Shown: positions 1-10,203 of the stretch, one piece after another
How the letters are laid out: the number at the start of each line of letters is the position of its first letter
How positions within the stretch are numbered: the stretch's first letter is position 1
Origin: an uncultured Actinomycetota bacterium
GTDB taxonomy: Bacteria > Actinomycetota > UBA4738 > HRBIN12
NCBI GenBank assembly: GCA_963746335.1
Contig: CAVVAK010000004.1
Span: 24,672 to 88,671 of the forward strand
Direction: 5' to 3'
Length of the DNA: 64,000 nucleotides
The notes under the pieces: model-generated
The model's database searches: none
Told to the model about the DNA's origin: nothing
What the model saw: only the letters and a program-made list of their open reading frames with translations
Made by a program: the position numbers and the translations under genes

Positions 1-545
1 GAGATGCCGAGCCTGGTGGCGATCTGCCGCATCGTGTGCCCGTCGCTCAGGAGCTCGAGTACCTGTTGCTCCCGGGAGGTGAGATCGGCCGCTACCTCCG
101 CACCCTCTCGGGCCCGTCGTGCGAACCTCCCCAACGCGAGCACCGCGTCCTGCTCCATGCCGGGCGCGATCACGCGCTCTCCTGCGAGCACCCGGGTGAT
201 CGTGGTCGAGAGGTCCCTGAGTCCCTCCGCTTTCGTGACGTAGCCGCGGGCGCCGAGCCGGAGGGCACGGAGCACCAGGTCCCCTTCCGCGTGATCGGAC
301 AGCACGAGGACGGCCTCCGGGCGATCCACGTCGTCGAGATCGGACAGCACGTGGAATCCGTCGGCGTCGGGGAGCTCCAGATCGATGACGAGGAGGTCGG
401 GCTTCCGGGAACGACAGGCTTCGATCGCGGCCGACGCGGTCTCCACTTTGGCGAGCACCGTGACGCCTGCCTCCCGGCAGGCGATGTCGATCACGCTCCG
501 CACCACCGGATGCCCCGCCGCCACCACCGCATGGACAACGTCCAT
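1..545 (-). CDS. LuxR/NarL-family response regulator, partial (3' end lies beyond the left edge)
   Basis: Absent from the ORF track because there is no stop inside the window. My reverse-strand translation from ATG 545 gives MDVVHAVVAAGHPVVRSVIDIACREAGVTVLAKVETASAAIEACRSRKPDLLVIDLELPDADGF...GARGYVTKAEG...TSREQQVLELLSDGHTMRQIATRLGI, with no in-frame stop and G/C-rich third positions. This is a receiver domain followed by the start of a LuxR HTH. Confidence 0.8.
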   Translation of the reverse strand, partial: MDVVHAVVAAGHPVVRSVIDIACREAGVTVLAKVETASAAIEACRSRKPDLLVIDLELPDADGFHVLSDLDDVDRPEAVLVLSDHAEGDLVLRALRLGARGYVTKAEGLRDLSTTITRVLAGERVIAPGMEQDAVLALGRFARRAREGAEVAADLTSREQQVLELLSDGHTMRQIATRLGI

Positions 546-562
546 GCCGGCGAGGCTACCGC

Positions 563-1225
563 TCAGGCGGAACGCGAGGTGAGTGTCAGGCCCGCCCGCC
601 AGGCGGTCCCGACCGCTTCGACCTTGGAGTGCACGCCGAGCTTGCTCAGGACGTTCTTCACGTGGGTCTGCACCGTGGCCGGGCTGATCCCGAGCTCTTG
701 GGCGAGCTCGGCGGTCGTGGCTCCGTCGGCGAGCGCCGCGAGGATCTCCCGCTCCCGCCCGGTCAAGGTCGCGAGGAGCGTGTGCTCGCTGCGTCGTGCC
801 CGCGCGTGCCAGAGGCGATCGACGAGCGTCGGCAGGTCGGCTACGGGAAGGACGAGCTCTCCGGCGAGGGCGCGCTGGAAGGCCGTCACCAGGTGTGCCG
901 GTTCCCGTTCGGTGGGAAGCACGCCGCACGCCCCCGCGGCGAGCGCGAGCTCGACGAGTGGTGACGCGGCGTGTCGCGTCGCGGCCATCACGCGGATGTC
1001 GGACGCGTTGCGGAGGGCCGCGATCAAGGCGACGCCCTGGTCGTCGGTCCGGTCGAGACCCACCACGACGATGTCGACGGGCGTTTCGGCGAGCATCCGC
1101 AGCGCACTCGCCTCGTCGCCCACCGGACCCAGCACCTCGAGCCCCGGTCGCCGGCGGAGCGCCAACACCAGGCCCTGCGCCAGTCCGAGGCTGTCGTCCA
1201 CGATGAGGACCCGCAGCTCGTCCAT
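563..1225 (-). CDS. LuxR/NarL-family response regulator (atypical receiver)
   Basis: 220-aa ORF. N-terminal receiver-like domain ([15 protein letters not shown]...). C-terminal LuxR HTH ([44 protein letters not shown]). Confidence 0.9.
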   Translation of the reverse strand: MDELRVLIVDDSLGLAQGLVLALRRRPGLEVLGPVGDEASALRMLAETPVDIVVVGLDRTDDQGVALIAALRNASDIRVMAATRHAASPLVELALAAGACGVLPTEREPAHLVTAFQRALAGELVLPVADLPTLVDRLWHARARRSEHTLLATLTGREREILAALADGATTAELAQELGISPATVQTHVKNVLSKLGVHSKVEAVGTAWRAGLTLTSRSA

Positions 1226-1278
1226 CTCACGAGAACATCGGCACCTCCCCCCTCGGAACTGAGCCGCCGACCGGTCCC

Positions 1279-3321
1279 TTGCGCGACACTGTCAGGGTGA
1301 ACCGTCTGGCCGATGCCACGAGCCCGTACCTCCTACAGCACGCCGACAACCCCGTGGACTGGTTCCCGTGGGGAGATGAGGCGCTGTCGAAAGCGGCCGC
1401 CGAGGACCGTCCGATCTTCCTGTCGATCGGCTACGCCGCGTGTCATTGGTGCCACGTGATGGAGCGCGAATCCTTCGAGAACGAGGACATCGCCGCCTTC
1501 CTGAATGCGCACTTCGTGCCGGTCAAGGTCGATCGAGAGGAGCGTCCGGACCTCGACGCGATCTACATGGACGCCGTCCAGGCATTGACGGGCCAGGGCG
1601 GATGGCCGCTGTCCGCGTTCCTCACCCCCGCGGGGAAACCCTTCTTCGCCGGTACCTACTTCCCGAAGGAGTCCGCCCACGGCATGCCGTCGTTCCGGCA
1701 GGTGCTCGAGGGGATCGCCGACGCCTGGCGGGAGCGGCGCGGCGAGATCGAGGGGCAGGGCGGCCGGGTCATCGAGGCGATCTCCCGTGCCTCGTCGCTG
1801 ACGGCGTCCGCGGAGCCGCTCACCGACGAGATCACGTCGTCGGCGCTCGCAGCGCTCCGGCGATCGTTCGACGAGACCTGGGGCGGGTTCGGGTCGGCGC
1901 CGAAGTTCCCCCAACCGATGACGCTCGAGTTCGTTCTCCGGATGGCGGTGCGGGACGCGCCCGACGCGCTCCCGATGCTGACGACGACCCTCGACCGGAT
2001 GGCGGCCGGGGGTATGTACGACCAGCTCGGAGGCGGCTTCGCCCGGTACTCGACGGACGCGACCTGGCTCGTTCCCCACTTCGAGAAGATGCTGTACGAC
2101 AACGCCCAGCTCGCCCAGCTGTACACCCGCGCCTGGCAGCTGACACACGAGGATCGCTATCGGCGGATCGCGACCGAGACCCTCGAGTACCTGCTCCGCG
2201 AGATGCGGCATCCGGAGGGCGGGTTCTTCTCGAGCCAGGACGCCGACTCCGAAGGCGTCGAGGGCAAGTTCTTCACGTGGTCGTGGGACGAGCTCGTCAG
2301 CCTGGTGGGCGAGGAGGCCGCGAAGGCCTTCGGCGCTTCTCCGGGCGGGAACTGGGCCGGGGAGCATGGAGAAGGGACGAATGTCCTGCGGCGACCGGAC
2401 GTCGACAGCCACGGCCAAGAACTCGAGGAGGCTCGACGTGTCCTGTTCGCGGAGCGGGAGCATCGCGTGCGGCCCGCGACCGACGACAAGGTGCTGACCG
2501 CGTGGAACGCGATGGCGATCCAGGCGTTCGCGGAGGCGGGCCGGGCGTTCGCGAACGACGCCTTCACCGGCGCCGCGATCACGGCCGCGGAGTTCGTCCT
2601 CTCGAACCTGCGAAGTCCCGACGGCAGGCTCCTTCGCTCCTGGCGAGACGGCACACCGGGCGGCCCGGGGTACGCCGACGACCACGCGCTGCTCGCCTCC
2701 GCGATGCTCGCGCTGTTCTCACGCACCGGTGAGCTGCGGTGGTTCCGCGAGGCGAAGCGGTTGGTGGACGACCTCGTCCGGCTGTTCGCGGATGACGAGC
2801 GTGGGGGGTTCTTCCAGTCGGGCGCCGACGTCGACGCCCTCGTGATCCGGCCGAAAGAGCTCTACGACAACGCCGTGCCGTCGGGGAACTCGGCGGCCGC
2901 CGACGTGCTCCAGCGGATCGCGCTCCTGACGGGAGACCAGGAGCTCGAACGGATCGGTGTGTCGGCGATCCGGCTGGTTGTCGACGTTCTCGGAAGGGCA
3001 CCTTCGGGCTTCGGACACGCGCTCTCGGCGCTGGATCTCTCGCTGGGGCCGACCCGGGAGGTGGCGATCATCGGGTCGATGGACGATCCCTCGGCCCGGG
3101 CCTTGGCGGATGAAGTGCTCGCCGTTCGGTTCCTCCCGAACACCGTGGTCGCCATGGCGACGCCCGGTGACGAAGAGGCGGTCGAGGCGGTCGCGCTCCT
3201 GCGCGATCGCCCCCAGGTGAACGGATCTCCGACCGCCTACGTCTGCGAGCGATTCGCGTGCCTGCTCCCCGTGACCCAGCCGGACGATCTCGCCGATCAG
3301 CTCCTCGAGGCCGCTCGCTAG
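1279..3321 (+). CDS. Thioredoxin-domain protein, YyaL/DUF255 family
   Basis: 680-aa ORF. Family-typical N-terminus [19 protein letters not shown]...[50 protein letters not shown], then a long alpha-helical glycosidase/epimerase-like region. Confidence 0.9.
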   Translation: MRDTVRVNRLADATSPYLLQHADNPVDWFPWGDEALSKAAAEDRPIFLSIGYAACHWCHVMERESFENEDIAAFLNAHFVPVKVDREERPDLDAIYMDAVQALTGQGGWPLSAFLTPAGKPFFAGTYFPKESAHGMPSFRQVLEGIADAWRERRGEIEGQGGRVIEAISRASSLTASAEPLTDEITSSALAALRRSFDETWGGFGSAPKFPQPMTLEFVLRMAVRDAPDALPMLTTTLDRMAAGGMYDQLGGGFARYSTDATWLVPHFEKMLYDNAQLAQLYTRAWQLTHEDRYRRIATETLEYLLREMRHPEGGFFSSQDADSEGVEGKFFTWSWDELVSLVGEEAAKAFGASPGGNWAGEHGEGTNVLRRPDVDSHGQELEEARRVLFAEREHRVRPATDDKVLTAWNAMAIQAFAEAGRAFANDAFTGAAITAAEFVLSNLRSPDGRLLRSWRDGTPGGPGYADDHALLASAMLALFSRTGELRWFREAKRLVDDLVRLFADDERGGFFQSGADVDALVIRPKELYDNAVPSGNSAAADVLQRIALLTGDQELERIGVSAIRLVVDVLGRAPSGFGHALSALDLSLGPTREVAIIGSMDDPSARALADEVLAVRFLPNTVVAMATPGDEEAVEAVALLRDRPQVNGSPTAYVCERFACLLPVTQPDDLADQLLEAAR

Positions 3322-3368
3322 ACTCGGCAGCTCCGCGATCCGAACCCGACCCTGAAAGGACAGGACCT

Positions 3369-3878
3369 GTGCCGACCGCGACGATCCACACGAACAAGGG
3401 CTCCTTCACCGTCCGGCTGATGCCGGATCACGCGCCGAAGACCGTCGAGAACTTCGTCGGGCTGGCGACCGGCGCCAAGGAATGGGACGACCCGCGCGAC
3501 GGGAAGAAGAAGTCGACGGCCCTGTACCCGGGCACGATCTTCCACCGCGTGATCCCGGGCTTCATGCTGCAGGGCGGCGATCCCACCGGCACCGGGATGG
3601 GTGGCCCCGGGTACCAGTTCGAGGACGAGGTGCCGCCTGGCGGGCCTTCCTTCGACAAGCCCGGCCTCCTCGCCATGGCGAACTCGGGCCCCGGCACCAA
3701 CGGCTCGCAGTTCTTCGTCACGGTCGCGGCGACGCCGTGGCTCGACGGCCGGCACACGATCTTCGGCGAGGTGACCGAGGGGTACGACGTGGTGGAGGCC
3801 ATCGCGGGCGTTGCCACCGGTCCGCAGGACCGTCCCGTCGACGACGTCGTGATCGACCGGATCGAGGTCAGCGACTAG
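3369..3878 (+). CDS. Peptidyl-prolyl cis-trans isomerase, cyclophilin type
   Basis: Frame of track ORF 3258..3878, trimmed to in-frame GTG 3369 with AAGGA shortly upstream. Motifs: [71 protein letters not shown]. Confidence 0.9.
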   Translation: MPTATIHTNKGSFTVRLMPDHAPKTVENFVGLATGAKEWDDPRDGKKKSTALYPGTIFHRVIPGFMLQGGDPTGTGMGGPGYQFEDEVPPGGPSFDKPGLLAMANSGPGTNGSQFFVTVAATPWLDGRHTIFGEVTEGYDVVEAIAGVATGPQDRPVDDVVIDRIEVSD

Positions 3879-4408
3879 GGGCCTGCTGATCGCGCCGCGT
3901 CGATCCGATACACGAGGTGGAGCCACCCCAGGTTCCCGTGACGTGTTTCCTTCCACACCGTCATGCCGATGTGTTCCGCGACGCCGCGCGACGGAACGTT
4001 CTCCGGACGGATCAGCGCGATCACGTGATCCATGCCGAGGAGCCCCAGGCATCGGTCACGCCACGCCGCGGCGGCTTCGGTCGCGATCCCCTGACGCGCG
4101 CGGCGTGGCGTGACCGACCATCCGATCTCGACCTCCTCGATCCCGTCGACCAGCTGCGGCACGGGTCCGCAGTTGCCGAGGAACTCCCCCGTCTCGCGGT
4201 CCTCGATCGCCCACAGGCTGTAGCCGTACCGCTCTTGGCGTTCGAGGAACTTCTCGATCCACGCCCGGGACTCCTCGCGGCTGAACGGGTGCGGGTAGAA
4301 GCGCATGTGCTCGGGGTCGGACTGGATCTCGTGGAGCGCGTCCAGATCGGAGAGATCGTCGGCGAACGGTCGGAGCCGCAGCCGATCCGTCTCGATGACG
4401 TCCGCCAT
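3875..4408 (-). CDS. GNAT family N-acetyltransferase (RimJ/RimL-like)
   Basis: 177-aa [12 protein letters not shown] start typical of RimJ-like GNATs, plus [21 protein letters not shown] acetyl-CoA loop. Its stop overlaps the cyclophilin stop (CTAG at 3875..3878). Confidence 0.85.
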   Translation of the reverse strand: MADVIETDRLRLRPFADDLSDLDALHEIQSDPEHMRFYPHPFSREESRAWIEKFLERQERYGYSLWAIEDRETGEFLGNCGPVPQLVDGIEEVEIGWSVTPRRARQGIATEAAAAWRDRCLGLLGMDHVIALIRPENVPSRGVAEHIGMTVWKETRHGNLGWLHLVYRIDAARSAGP

Positions 4409-4431
4409 GAGGACCAGGGTACGGTGAGCGG

Positions 4432-5817
4432 GTGCCGACGAAGGTCGAGACGCTCGAGGTGGCGGGCCGGGACATCCGGGTGACCAACCCCGACAAGCTG
4501 TACTTCCCCGACGCTCCCGACGGTCCGATCACGAAGCTCGACCTCGTGCGGTACTGGGTCGAGGTCGCGGACGCCGCGCTCGTCGGCTGCCGCGACCGGC
4601 CCACGACCCTCCATCGGTTCCCCGACGGGGCGAGCGGCGAGGGCTTCTATCAGAAGCGCCTCCCGAAAGGTGCGCCGCCGTGGGTCGAAACCGCGCTGAT
4701 CACGTTCCCGAGCGGCCGAACCGCGAACATGCCGGTGATGGCGGACGCCGCCCATCTGGCCTGGGCGGCGACCCTCGGGTGCCTCGAGATCAATCCCTGG
4801 CCCGTGCGGTCGGGTGACGTCGACCATCCGGACGAGCTCCGCATGGATCTCGACCCGATGCCGGGCGTGCCGTTCGAGCACGTCCGAGAGGTCGCGATGG
4901 CCGCGCGAGACGTGCTCGAAGCGTTCGGCCTCGTGGGCTTCCCCAAGACGAGCGGCAAGAAGGGGATCCATGTGAACGCGCGGATCCGTCCCGAGTGGGA
5001 CTTCACCGAGGTCCGGCGGGCGGCGCTCGCCCTCGCTCGCGAGGTCGAGCGCCGTCTCCCCGACATCGCGACGACCAAGTGGTGGAAGGAAGAGCGCCAC
5101 GGCGTCTTCCTCGACTACAACCAGAACGCTCGCGACCGGACGGTGGCCTCCGCGTACAGCGTCCGGCCGGTGTCGGATGCGCGGGTGTCGACGCCGCTCA
5201 CGTGGGATGAGGTGCCGGGTGTGGACGCCGAGGTGTTCACGCTCCGGACGGTGCCCGACCGGCTCCGGCGCGTCGGCGATCCCGGCGCCGACATCGACGA
5301 CCACGTGGGCGGGCTCGAGGCGGCCCTCGAGCTCTCCGACCGTCAGGCGCGCGAGGGACAGGGCGAGGCGCCGTACCCGCCGCACTTCCCGAAGGCCGAG
5401 GGGGAGCCCGTTCGCGCGCAACCGTCTCGGCGTCGCGAGAAGAACGCGAGCCCCGAGGGCTCCGTGCCTCCGCCGGCGCCGGGCAAGAAGAGCGGGCCGA
5501 CGGGGCGGCGCCGCACGCGGATGCCGCTGATCGAGATCGCGCGCGCCGAGACCGAGCGCGAGGCGATGGAGGGCTTCGAGCGGTGGAAGACCAAGCACCC
5601 GGAGGTCGTGCCGCATCTCGAACCCACCGACGTGATGGTCGATCCGATGCGAGGCCGGAGCACGACGTGGACGCGGATCCGCGTGAACCTGCGGAACGTC
5701 CCGGAAGCGGATCGTCCGGCGCAGGACGCGCTCGAGGTCGACTACGACCCGTGGGAAGGGGTCGAGTGGCCTCAGGAACCTTCCTCGCCCCAGGAGGGCG
5801 GGGACTCACCGAGCTGA
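4432..5817 (+). CDS. Stand-alone LigD-polymerase-domain primase-polymerase (Prim-Pol) with about 150-aa C-terminal extension
   Basis: 461-aa ORF with GTG start. Motifs: NPDKLYFPD, TLHRFPDG, FYQKRLPKGAPPW, CLEINPW, DELRMDLDP, FPKTSGKKGIHV, FLDYNQNARDRTVASAYSVRP. The C-terminal third has no motif I recognise. Confidence 0.85.
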   Translation: MPTKVETLEVAGRDIRVTNPDKLYFPDAPDGPITKLDLVRYWVEVADAALVGCRDRPTTLHRFPDGASGEGFYQKRLPKGAPPWVETALITFPSGRTANMPVMADAAHLAWAATLGCLEINPWPVRSGDVDHPDELRMDLDPMPGVPFEHVREVAMAARDVLEAFGLVGFPKTSGKKGIHVNARIRPEWDFTEVRRAALALAREVERRLPDIATTKWWKEERHGVFLDYNQNARDRTVASAYSVRPVSDARVSTPLTWDEVPGVDAEVFTLRTVPDRLRRVGDPGADIDDHVGGLEAALELSDRQAREGQGEAPYPPHFPKAEGEPVRAQPSRRREKNASPEGSVPPPAPGKKSGPTGRRRTRMPLIEIARAETEREAMEGFERWKTKHPEVVPHLEPTDVMVDPMRGRSTTWTRIRVNLRNVPEADRPAQDALEVDYDPWEGVEWPQEPSSPQEGGDSPS

Positions 5818-6827
5818 GCCCACGTAGCGGTCTCCGGCTCGCGGTCGGGGCGCCACCGGAGGAACGTCGCCGCGTGACGGATGCGGCCGTACTGGATCCG
5901 GTCGAACGCCACCTCGCAGACGAGGACCGGCTGCACCGTGACCCACGCCGTGTCCTTGCCCGCCGACCACCGGCTCGGTCCGCCGGGCTCTCGCCCGCCC
6001 ACGAAGCTCTCCGCTCCCTCCTCGAGCGGCCGGAGGAGCTCCTGGATCTCGCGCCGCTCTTTCGCCTTGAACGAGGACGTATGTCCGATGTAGTGGAGCC
6101 TGCCTTCGTCGTCGTACAGGCCGAGGAGCAGCGAGCCGACGCCTTCGCCATCCTTGGCGACGCGGTAGCCGCCCACGACGCAGTCGGCGGTCTTCCGATG
6201 CTTCACCTTCACCCAGCCACGGGCTCCGGGCAGGTAGGGCTGATCGTCGCGCTTCGCCACGATCCCGTCCTGACCGAGGCCGGCTTCATCGGCGAACCAG
6301 CCCTCCGCGACACCGAGATCGTCCGTCCACGGCGTGAGCAGGAGCTCCGGTCCGGGATCGAGGTCCTCCAGTCGTTCGGCCGCCTGCGGCACGTGGAGAC
6401 GCTTCGCGAGCGCCGCGAGCCGGTCGCGCCGGTCGGCGAGCGGTTCCGGCCCGAGCTTGTCGCCGTCCTCCTCCAGCAGGTCGAACAGGATCAGGCTGGC
6501 GGGGATCTCCGCGGCGAGCTTGCGGACGCGCGACTCGGCCGGGTGCAGCCGGAGCTGCAGCTCGTCGAACGCGAGCCGGCCGGGGCGCACCATGACGATC
6601 TCCCCGTCCGCGACGAACGGTCCGTCGCGTCGCTCCTCGAGCAACGAGACGAGCTCCGGGAAGAAGCGCACCATCGGCCGGTCCGTGCGGCTGTCGAGCC
6701 GGATCTCGTCACCGACCGTGACGATCGTGCGGAACCCGTCCCACTTCGGCTCGTAGGTCCAGCCGGGCCCGCGGGGGATCTCGGGCTCGAGCTTCGCGAG
6801 CATCGGTCCGTGCCCGACCTTGGTCAT
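5772..6827 (-). CDS. ATP-dependent DNA ligase, stand-alone LigC type
   Basis: 351-aa ORF. Adenylation motif I EPKWDGFR, then GEIVM, LILFDLL and VAKRDDQPYLPGARGWVKVK (motif V region). The size matches an adenylation + OB core only. Its 3' end overlaps the Prim-Pol 3' end by 46 nt. Confidence 0.9.
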   Translation of the reverse strand: MTKVGHGPMLAKLEPEIPRGPGWTYEPKWDGFRTIVTVGDEIRLDSRTDRPMVRFFPELVSLLEERRDGPFVADGEIVMVRPGRLAFDELQLRLHPAESRVRKLAAEIPASLILFDLLEEDGDKLGPEPLADRRDRLAALAKRLHVPQAAERLEDLDPGPELLLTPWTDDLGVAEGWFADEAGLGQDGIVAKRDDQPYLPGARGWVKVKHRKTADCVVGGYRVAKDGEGVGSLLLGLYDDEGRLHYIGHTSSFKAKERREIQELLRPLEEGAESFVGGREPGGPSRWSAGKDTAWVTVQPVLVCEVAFDRIQYGRIRHAATFLRWRPDREPETATWAQLGESPPSWGEEGS

Positions 6828-6896
6828 GCGGGCACCCTATCCCGGTGGGAGCGGGGCCGGAGGCTGCGCCTCCGGCCCCTCCATGCGAGCTTCCGT

Positions 6897-8627
6897 CTAC
6901 TCCAGCGGGCGGGCGGTCCCGTCGGTCGGCGACGTCTCCGGGATGCCCATGACGTCCAGGATCGTCGGCATCACGTCGATCGTCTTGAACGGGGCGCCCG
7001 TGTCGTTCTCGAACGCCAGGCTCGGCGACCAGAACACCATCGGCACGCGCTGGACGGACTGCTGCGCCCCGCCGTGATCGCCGAAGACACCGTAGCTCGT
7101 CTTGTCGTGCAACAGCCCGATCAGATCCGGACCGTTCGCCGCCGCCATGCTGTCGACGAGCTCCTGCCCGTGCTGCTTCCACCACGCCTTCTCCGGTCCG
7201 GTCATCGCGTTGGTCCCGAAGAGCCGGAACCGATCGCCGTCGCGCCAGTACGACGCGATCACGCCCGGCATCTCGAGCATCGCGGTGGCTCCTTCCCTCG
7301 TCTTGGCCACCGAGTGGTCGATCAGCCATGTTTCGATCGCCGTCGACTGGTAGGAGAACTGCACGTTGTCGGTGTCGATCAACGGCTGGAGTGCCGGCGA
7401 CGGGTTGTGGTACAGGGGATCGGTCGGGGGGACGAACGGGCCCGACGATCCCGCGTCGTACACACCGACGGGCGCGTAGTACCAGTTGCTGTTGCTGATG
7501 CCGACCGGACCGGTCTTCCCGTAGAAGCGCTCTCCATACGTCGCACCGTGGTCCGCCGTGAGGACGACGAGCGTCTCGCCTCCGTCTTCCTCGTCCAACG
7601 CCGCGACAGTGTCCAGCATCTTCCCCAGCTGTTCGTCGGCGATCTCCGCGGCGCAGCGAACGTGCGTCTGCGCGGCGCCGGCGACCGCCGGGTCCGCCGC
7701 ATCGCAGTCGCCCGTGAAGGTATCGGCGTCGTACTGCGCGCCCCACATGTGTGCGGCCTTGTCGATCGCCCCGAGGGTCACGAACATCCCCGACCAGGGC
7801 TCGCGGTTCATCATCTCGATCGCCGCGTCCGCGACCCAGACGTCGCCTCCCGTGTGGCCCGCGATCGCCGACGCGTCGGTGCCCGGGAAGAACCGGTTGC
7901 CGTCCTCCGGGTAGATCCACGAGGGGTACGCGTCCCTGGTGCCGTAGTGGAGCGTGTCCGCGGAGTTGATGAAGTACCGCCCGCAGAAGGGCAGCGAGAG
8001 GTAGGTGGGTACCGCCTTGCCCGACGGCTGACGGTACCTGCCCCCGAGCTCGAGCCCGCAGGCGTCCAAGGTGCTGGAGGAGCGGCCCGACATCCGAACC
8101 CCGATGTCGCCGGTCGGGGCGATCGCAGATTCGACGGCGTAGGACTTCTCCCCCACGACGATGAACTTCGTCCCCGGGAACGCCGCGTGGAGATAGTCGG
8201 CGAGCTTCGGGTAGCCCTCGTGCGAGATCAGTGTCCCGAAGTCCGCGAGGCTCAGGTCGCCGGTGATGTGCATCGCATCGGTGCCACGCCCGAAGAGGTT
8301 CTCCGTGTCGCGGTACGCCTCATCGGTCCATCCCATGTGCTTCGGAAGCTGCCCAGACGTGATCACGTTGTGCGCCATCACCGTTTCCGAGGCCATGTAC
8401 CCGAGATACGCCCGCTTGAAGTTGGTGCCCGCATCCCGCACCTCACGGTAGTTCGGCATGTCGAACTGATCCGCGTACTCCGGGATCATCTGGTCGAACA
8501 GGACGATCAGCACACGCGTGGGTCGCTCCGGCGCCTCCTGCGCCACCACACCCTGTCCGGCCCAGGTGGGTACCGCGAGCGCGACGATGGCCGCAACGAT
8601 CAGGAGCCTGATCCTCGTTCGCTTCAC
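6897..8627 (-). CDS. Secreted alkaline-phosphatase-superfamily enzyme (nucleotide pyrophosphatase/phosphodiesterase-like)
   Basis: 576-aa ORF. Signal peptide MKRTRIRLLIVAAIVALAVPTWA. Motifs: VLIVLFDQM, ETLVVLTADHGATYG, GDHGGAQQSVQRVPMVFW. Confidence 0.8.
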   Translation of the reverse strand: MKRTRIRLLIVAAIVALAVPTWAGQGVVAQEAPERPTRVLIVLFDQMIPEYADQFDMPNYREVRDAGTNFKRAYLGYMASETVMAHNVITSGQLPKHMGWTDEAYRDTENLFGRGTDAMHITGDLSLADFGTLISHEGYPKLADYLHAAFPGTKFIVVGEKSYAVESAIAPTGDIGVRMSGRSSSTLDACGLELGGRYRQPSGKAVPTYLSLPFCGRYFINSADTLHYGTRDAYPSWIYPEDGNRFFPGTDASAIAGHTGGDVWVADAAIEMMNREPWSGMFVTLGAIDKAAHMWGAQYDADTFTGDCDAADPAVAGAAQTHVRCAAEIADEQLGKMLDTVAALDEEDGGETLVVLTADHGATYGERFYGKTGPVGISNSNWYYAPVGVYDAGSSGPFVPPTDPLYHNPSPALQPLIDTDNVQFSYQSTAIETWLIDHSVAKTREGATAMLEMPGVIASYWRDGDRFRLFGTNAMTGPEKAWWKQHGQELVDSMAAANGPDLIGLLHDKTSYGVFGDHGGAQQSVQRVPMVFWSPSLAFENDTGAPFKTIDVMPTILDVMGIPETSPTDGTARPLE

Positions 8628-8660
8628 TTCACACTCCCCTCTCGATGGTGCGGTCGCGGA

Positions 8661-10135
8661 TCAGACGCCGATCCTCGCCCACGGCCCCCAGATGGCGAAC
8701 GTCATCCCTGCGCTCGCCTGGATGTTCACGAACAGCGTCGACCCGTCGGGGCTGAAGGTCGAGCCGGCGAACTCGTCACCGAACCGCGACGCACCCCCCG
8801 CGCTCCGAAGACGGTTCAACGCGATGTCGAACAGCTCGCCGTCCCTGGTGAGGCCGCGGATGAAGTTGTCGCCGGTGCTGTCCTCGCAGAGGATCAGCGT
8901 CCCCCGACTGCTCGTCGTCACGTTGTCGGGGAAGTCCAGGACCGCGGCGCCGGGGGACTGGAACACGCACTCGAGGACCTGGTCCTCGACCCGGTACCCC
9001 CAGACCTGCCCGGTCCCGTTCCCGTATCCGGTCACCGAGAGCGGCCACGAGGCCGGGCCCGGTGGGGCTGCGCCTCCGCCCTGTGTCGAGGTGAAGTAGA
9101 CAACGCCGTCCTCGTAGACGGATCCCTCCAGGCGCGAGAAGTAGGCGGCGCCCTGCGCCCGACCCTGGCTCCCGACGTAGACGAGCGCCTGGTCGTTCGT
9201 CGTCGGCGCCGTCTGCCCGGGCGTGTAGGGGAACGTCGGCGCCGGATCCTCGATGTCCACCCATTCCACGTGGTACGTCGCACCCGCGGTCTGCGCCGCG
9301 GCGAGGACCAGATCCGGCTGACCGACGACCGCGAGCATCTGGAGCTGCCCGTCGTTGTCGAGGGAGCCGGTGGCCGTCGGGTCGGTCGCCGGCACGTAGC
9401 GGTAGAAGCCCGAAGGGAACGCGAAGTTGTCCTCGGTGAGGTACAGGATCCCCTCGGTCGGATCGAACGCCACGGCCTCGTGGGCGAACCTGCCGGCGCT
9501 CGTGATCGGCTCGCGGTTCGACTGACCGCCTGCCGGGACCTCGAAGATGAATCCGTGCGGTTCCCGGAGTGCCACGTTGGGCGCGCCGGTGAAGTCCGGA
9601 CCCACGTCGGGACCGTTGATCGTCTCCTCGCACGTGACCCAACTCCCCCACGGCATCGGGCCACCCGAGCAGTTCATCATGGTCCCGTTCAGGCTCGTGA
9701 ACGCGTCGACGACCTTGCCCTTCGGTGTGACCTCGATCGTCGTGGTGCCGCCCCTCGCCATCGCGTCGTAGGGATCCCCGGACCGAACGCCGGTCCCGGA
9801 TTGTTGACCTCGTGGTTACGGACGAGATACAGGTTCTCGCCGGGCCCGGGGAATGAAGCCATCCCGTCGTGGCGGCCAGGGAGCGCCGTCCCGTCGGGAA
9901 GGATCACGGGCGTCTCCGTGTCGTGGAACGAGCGGTAGTGGAAACCCCTGGGAAGCCAGAGGCGGACGATACCGTCGCGCATGTCCTCGACCGGCCCGAG
10001 CACAGGGGCGGGCGCCGCCGGGCTCACCGCGTTCGCAGCCCGCGTGACGAAGCCTTGGAAAGGACCACCCAGAACCATCGCGCCCGCGGTGGCCGCGGAT
10101 CCTCGAAGGAACGTTCGTCGGTCGATCTGACGCAT
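8661..10135 (-). pseudogene. PhoX/DUF839-type secreted phosphatase, interrupted by a 1-nt frameshift (or sequencing error)
   Basis: Reverse-strand ORFs 9689..10303 and 8661..9761 are the N- and C-terminal parts of one protein. Tat signal MRQIDRRTFLRGSAATAG from ATG 10135, with GAGGAGG 7 nt upstream. The sequence runs LVRNHEVNNPGPAFG, then a frame change, then DPYDAMARGGTTTIEV...STFSPDGSTLFVNIQ. The frames diverge at a G4 run (plus-strand CCCC 9777..9780). Confidence 0.7.
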
Positions 10136-10203
10136 GAGGACGCCTCCTCGGTCGGGGGCTTCACCTTCCTGCTCGACGACGATGGGCGTCAAATCCACTG
10201 GTC

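Noticed and set aside
4021-5616. 531-aa reverse ORF overlapping the GNAT and Prim-Pol genes
   Set aside because: It is antisense or out of frame to two motif-bearing genes, with Arg/Pro-rich composition and no recognisable domain.
4432-6827. Classical Ku-dependent NHEJ locus
   Set aside because: No Ku-like ORF (~270-330 aa with the characteristic beta-barrel motifs) is adjacent or anywhere in the window. I therefore describe the pair as LigC/Prim-Pol type rather than LigD/Ku.
9777-9780. Programmed ribosomal frameshift in the PhoX-like gene
   Set aside because: There is no slippery heptamer or downstream pseudoknot-like element, and the shift sits at a simple G4/C4 homopolymer. An indel mutation or sequencing error is the simpler explanation.
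5583-9938. 1451-aa forward ORF, the longest in the track
   Set aside because: It runs antisense to three genes with clear family motifs (ligase, AP-superfamily enzyme, PhoX-like). Its translation is Arg/Pro/Gly/Asp-rich low-complexity sequence with no motif. This is the typical stop-free antisense frame of very GC-rich DNA.
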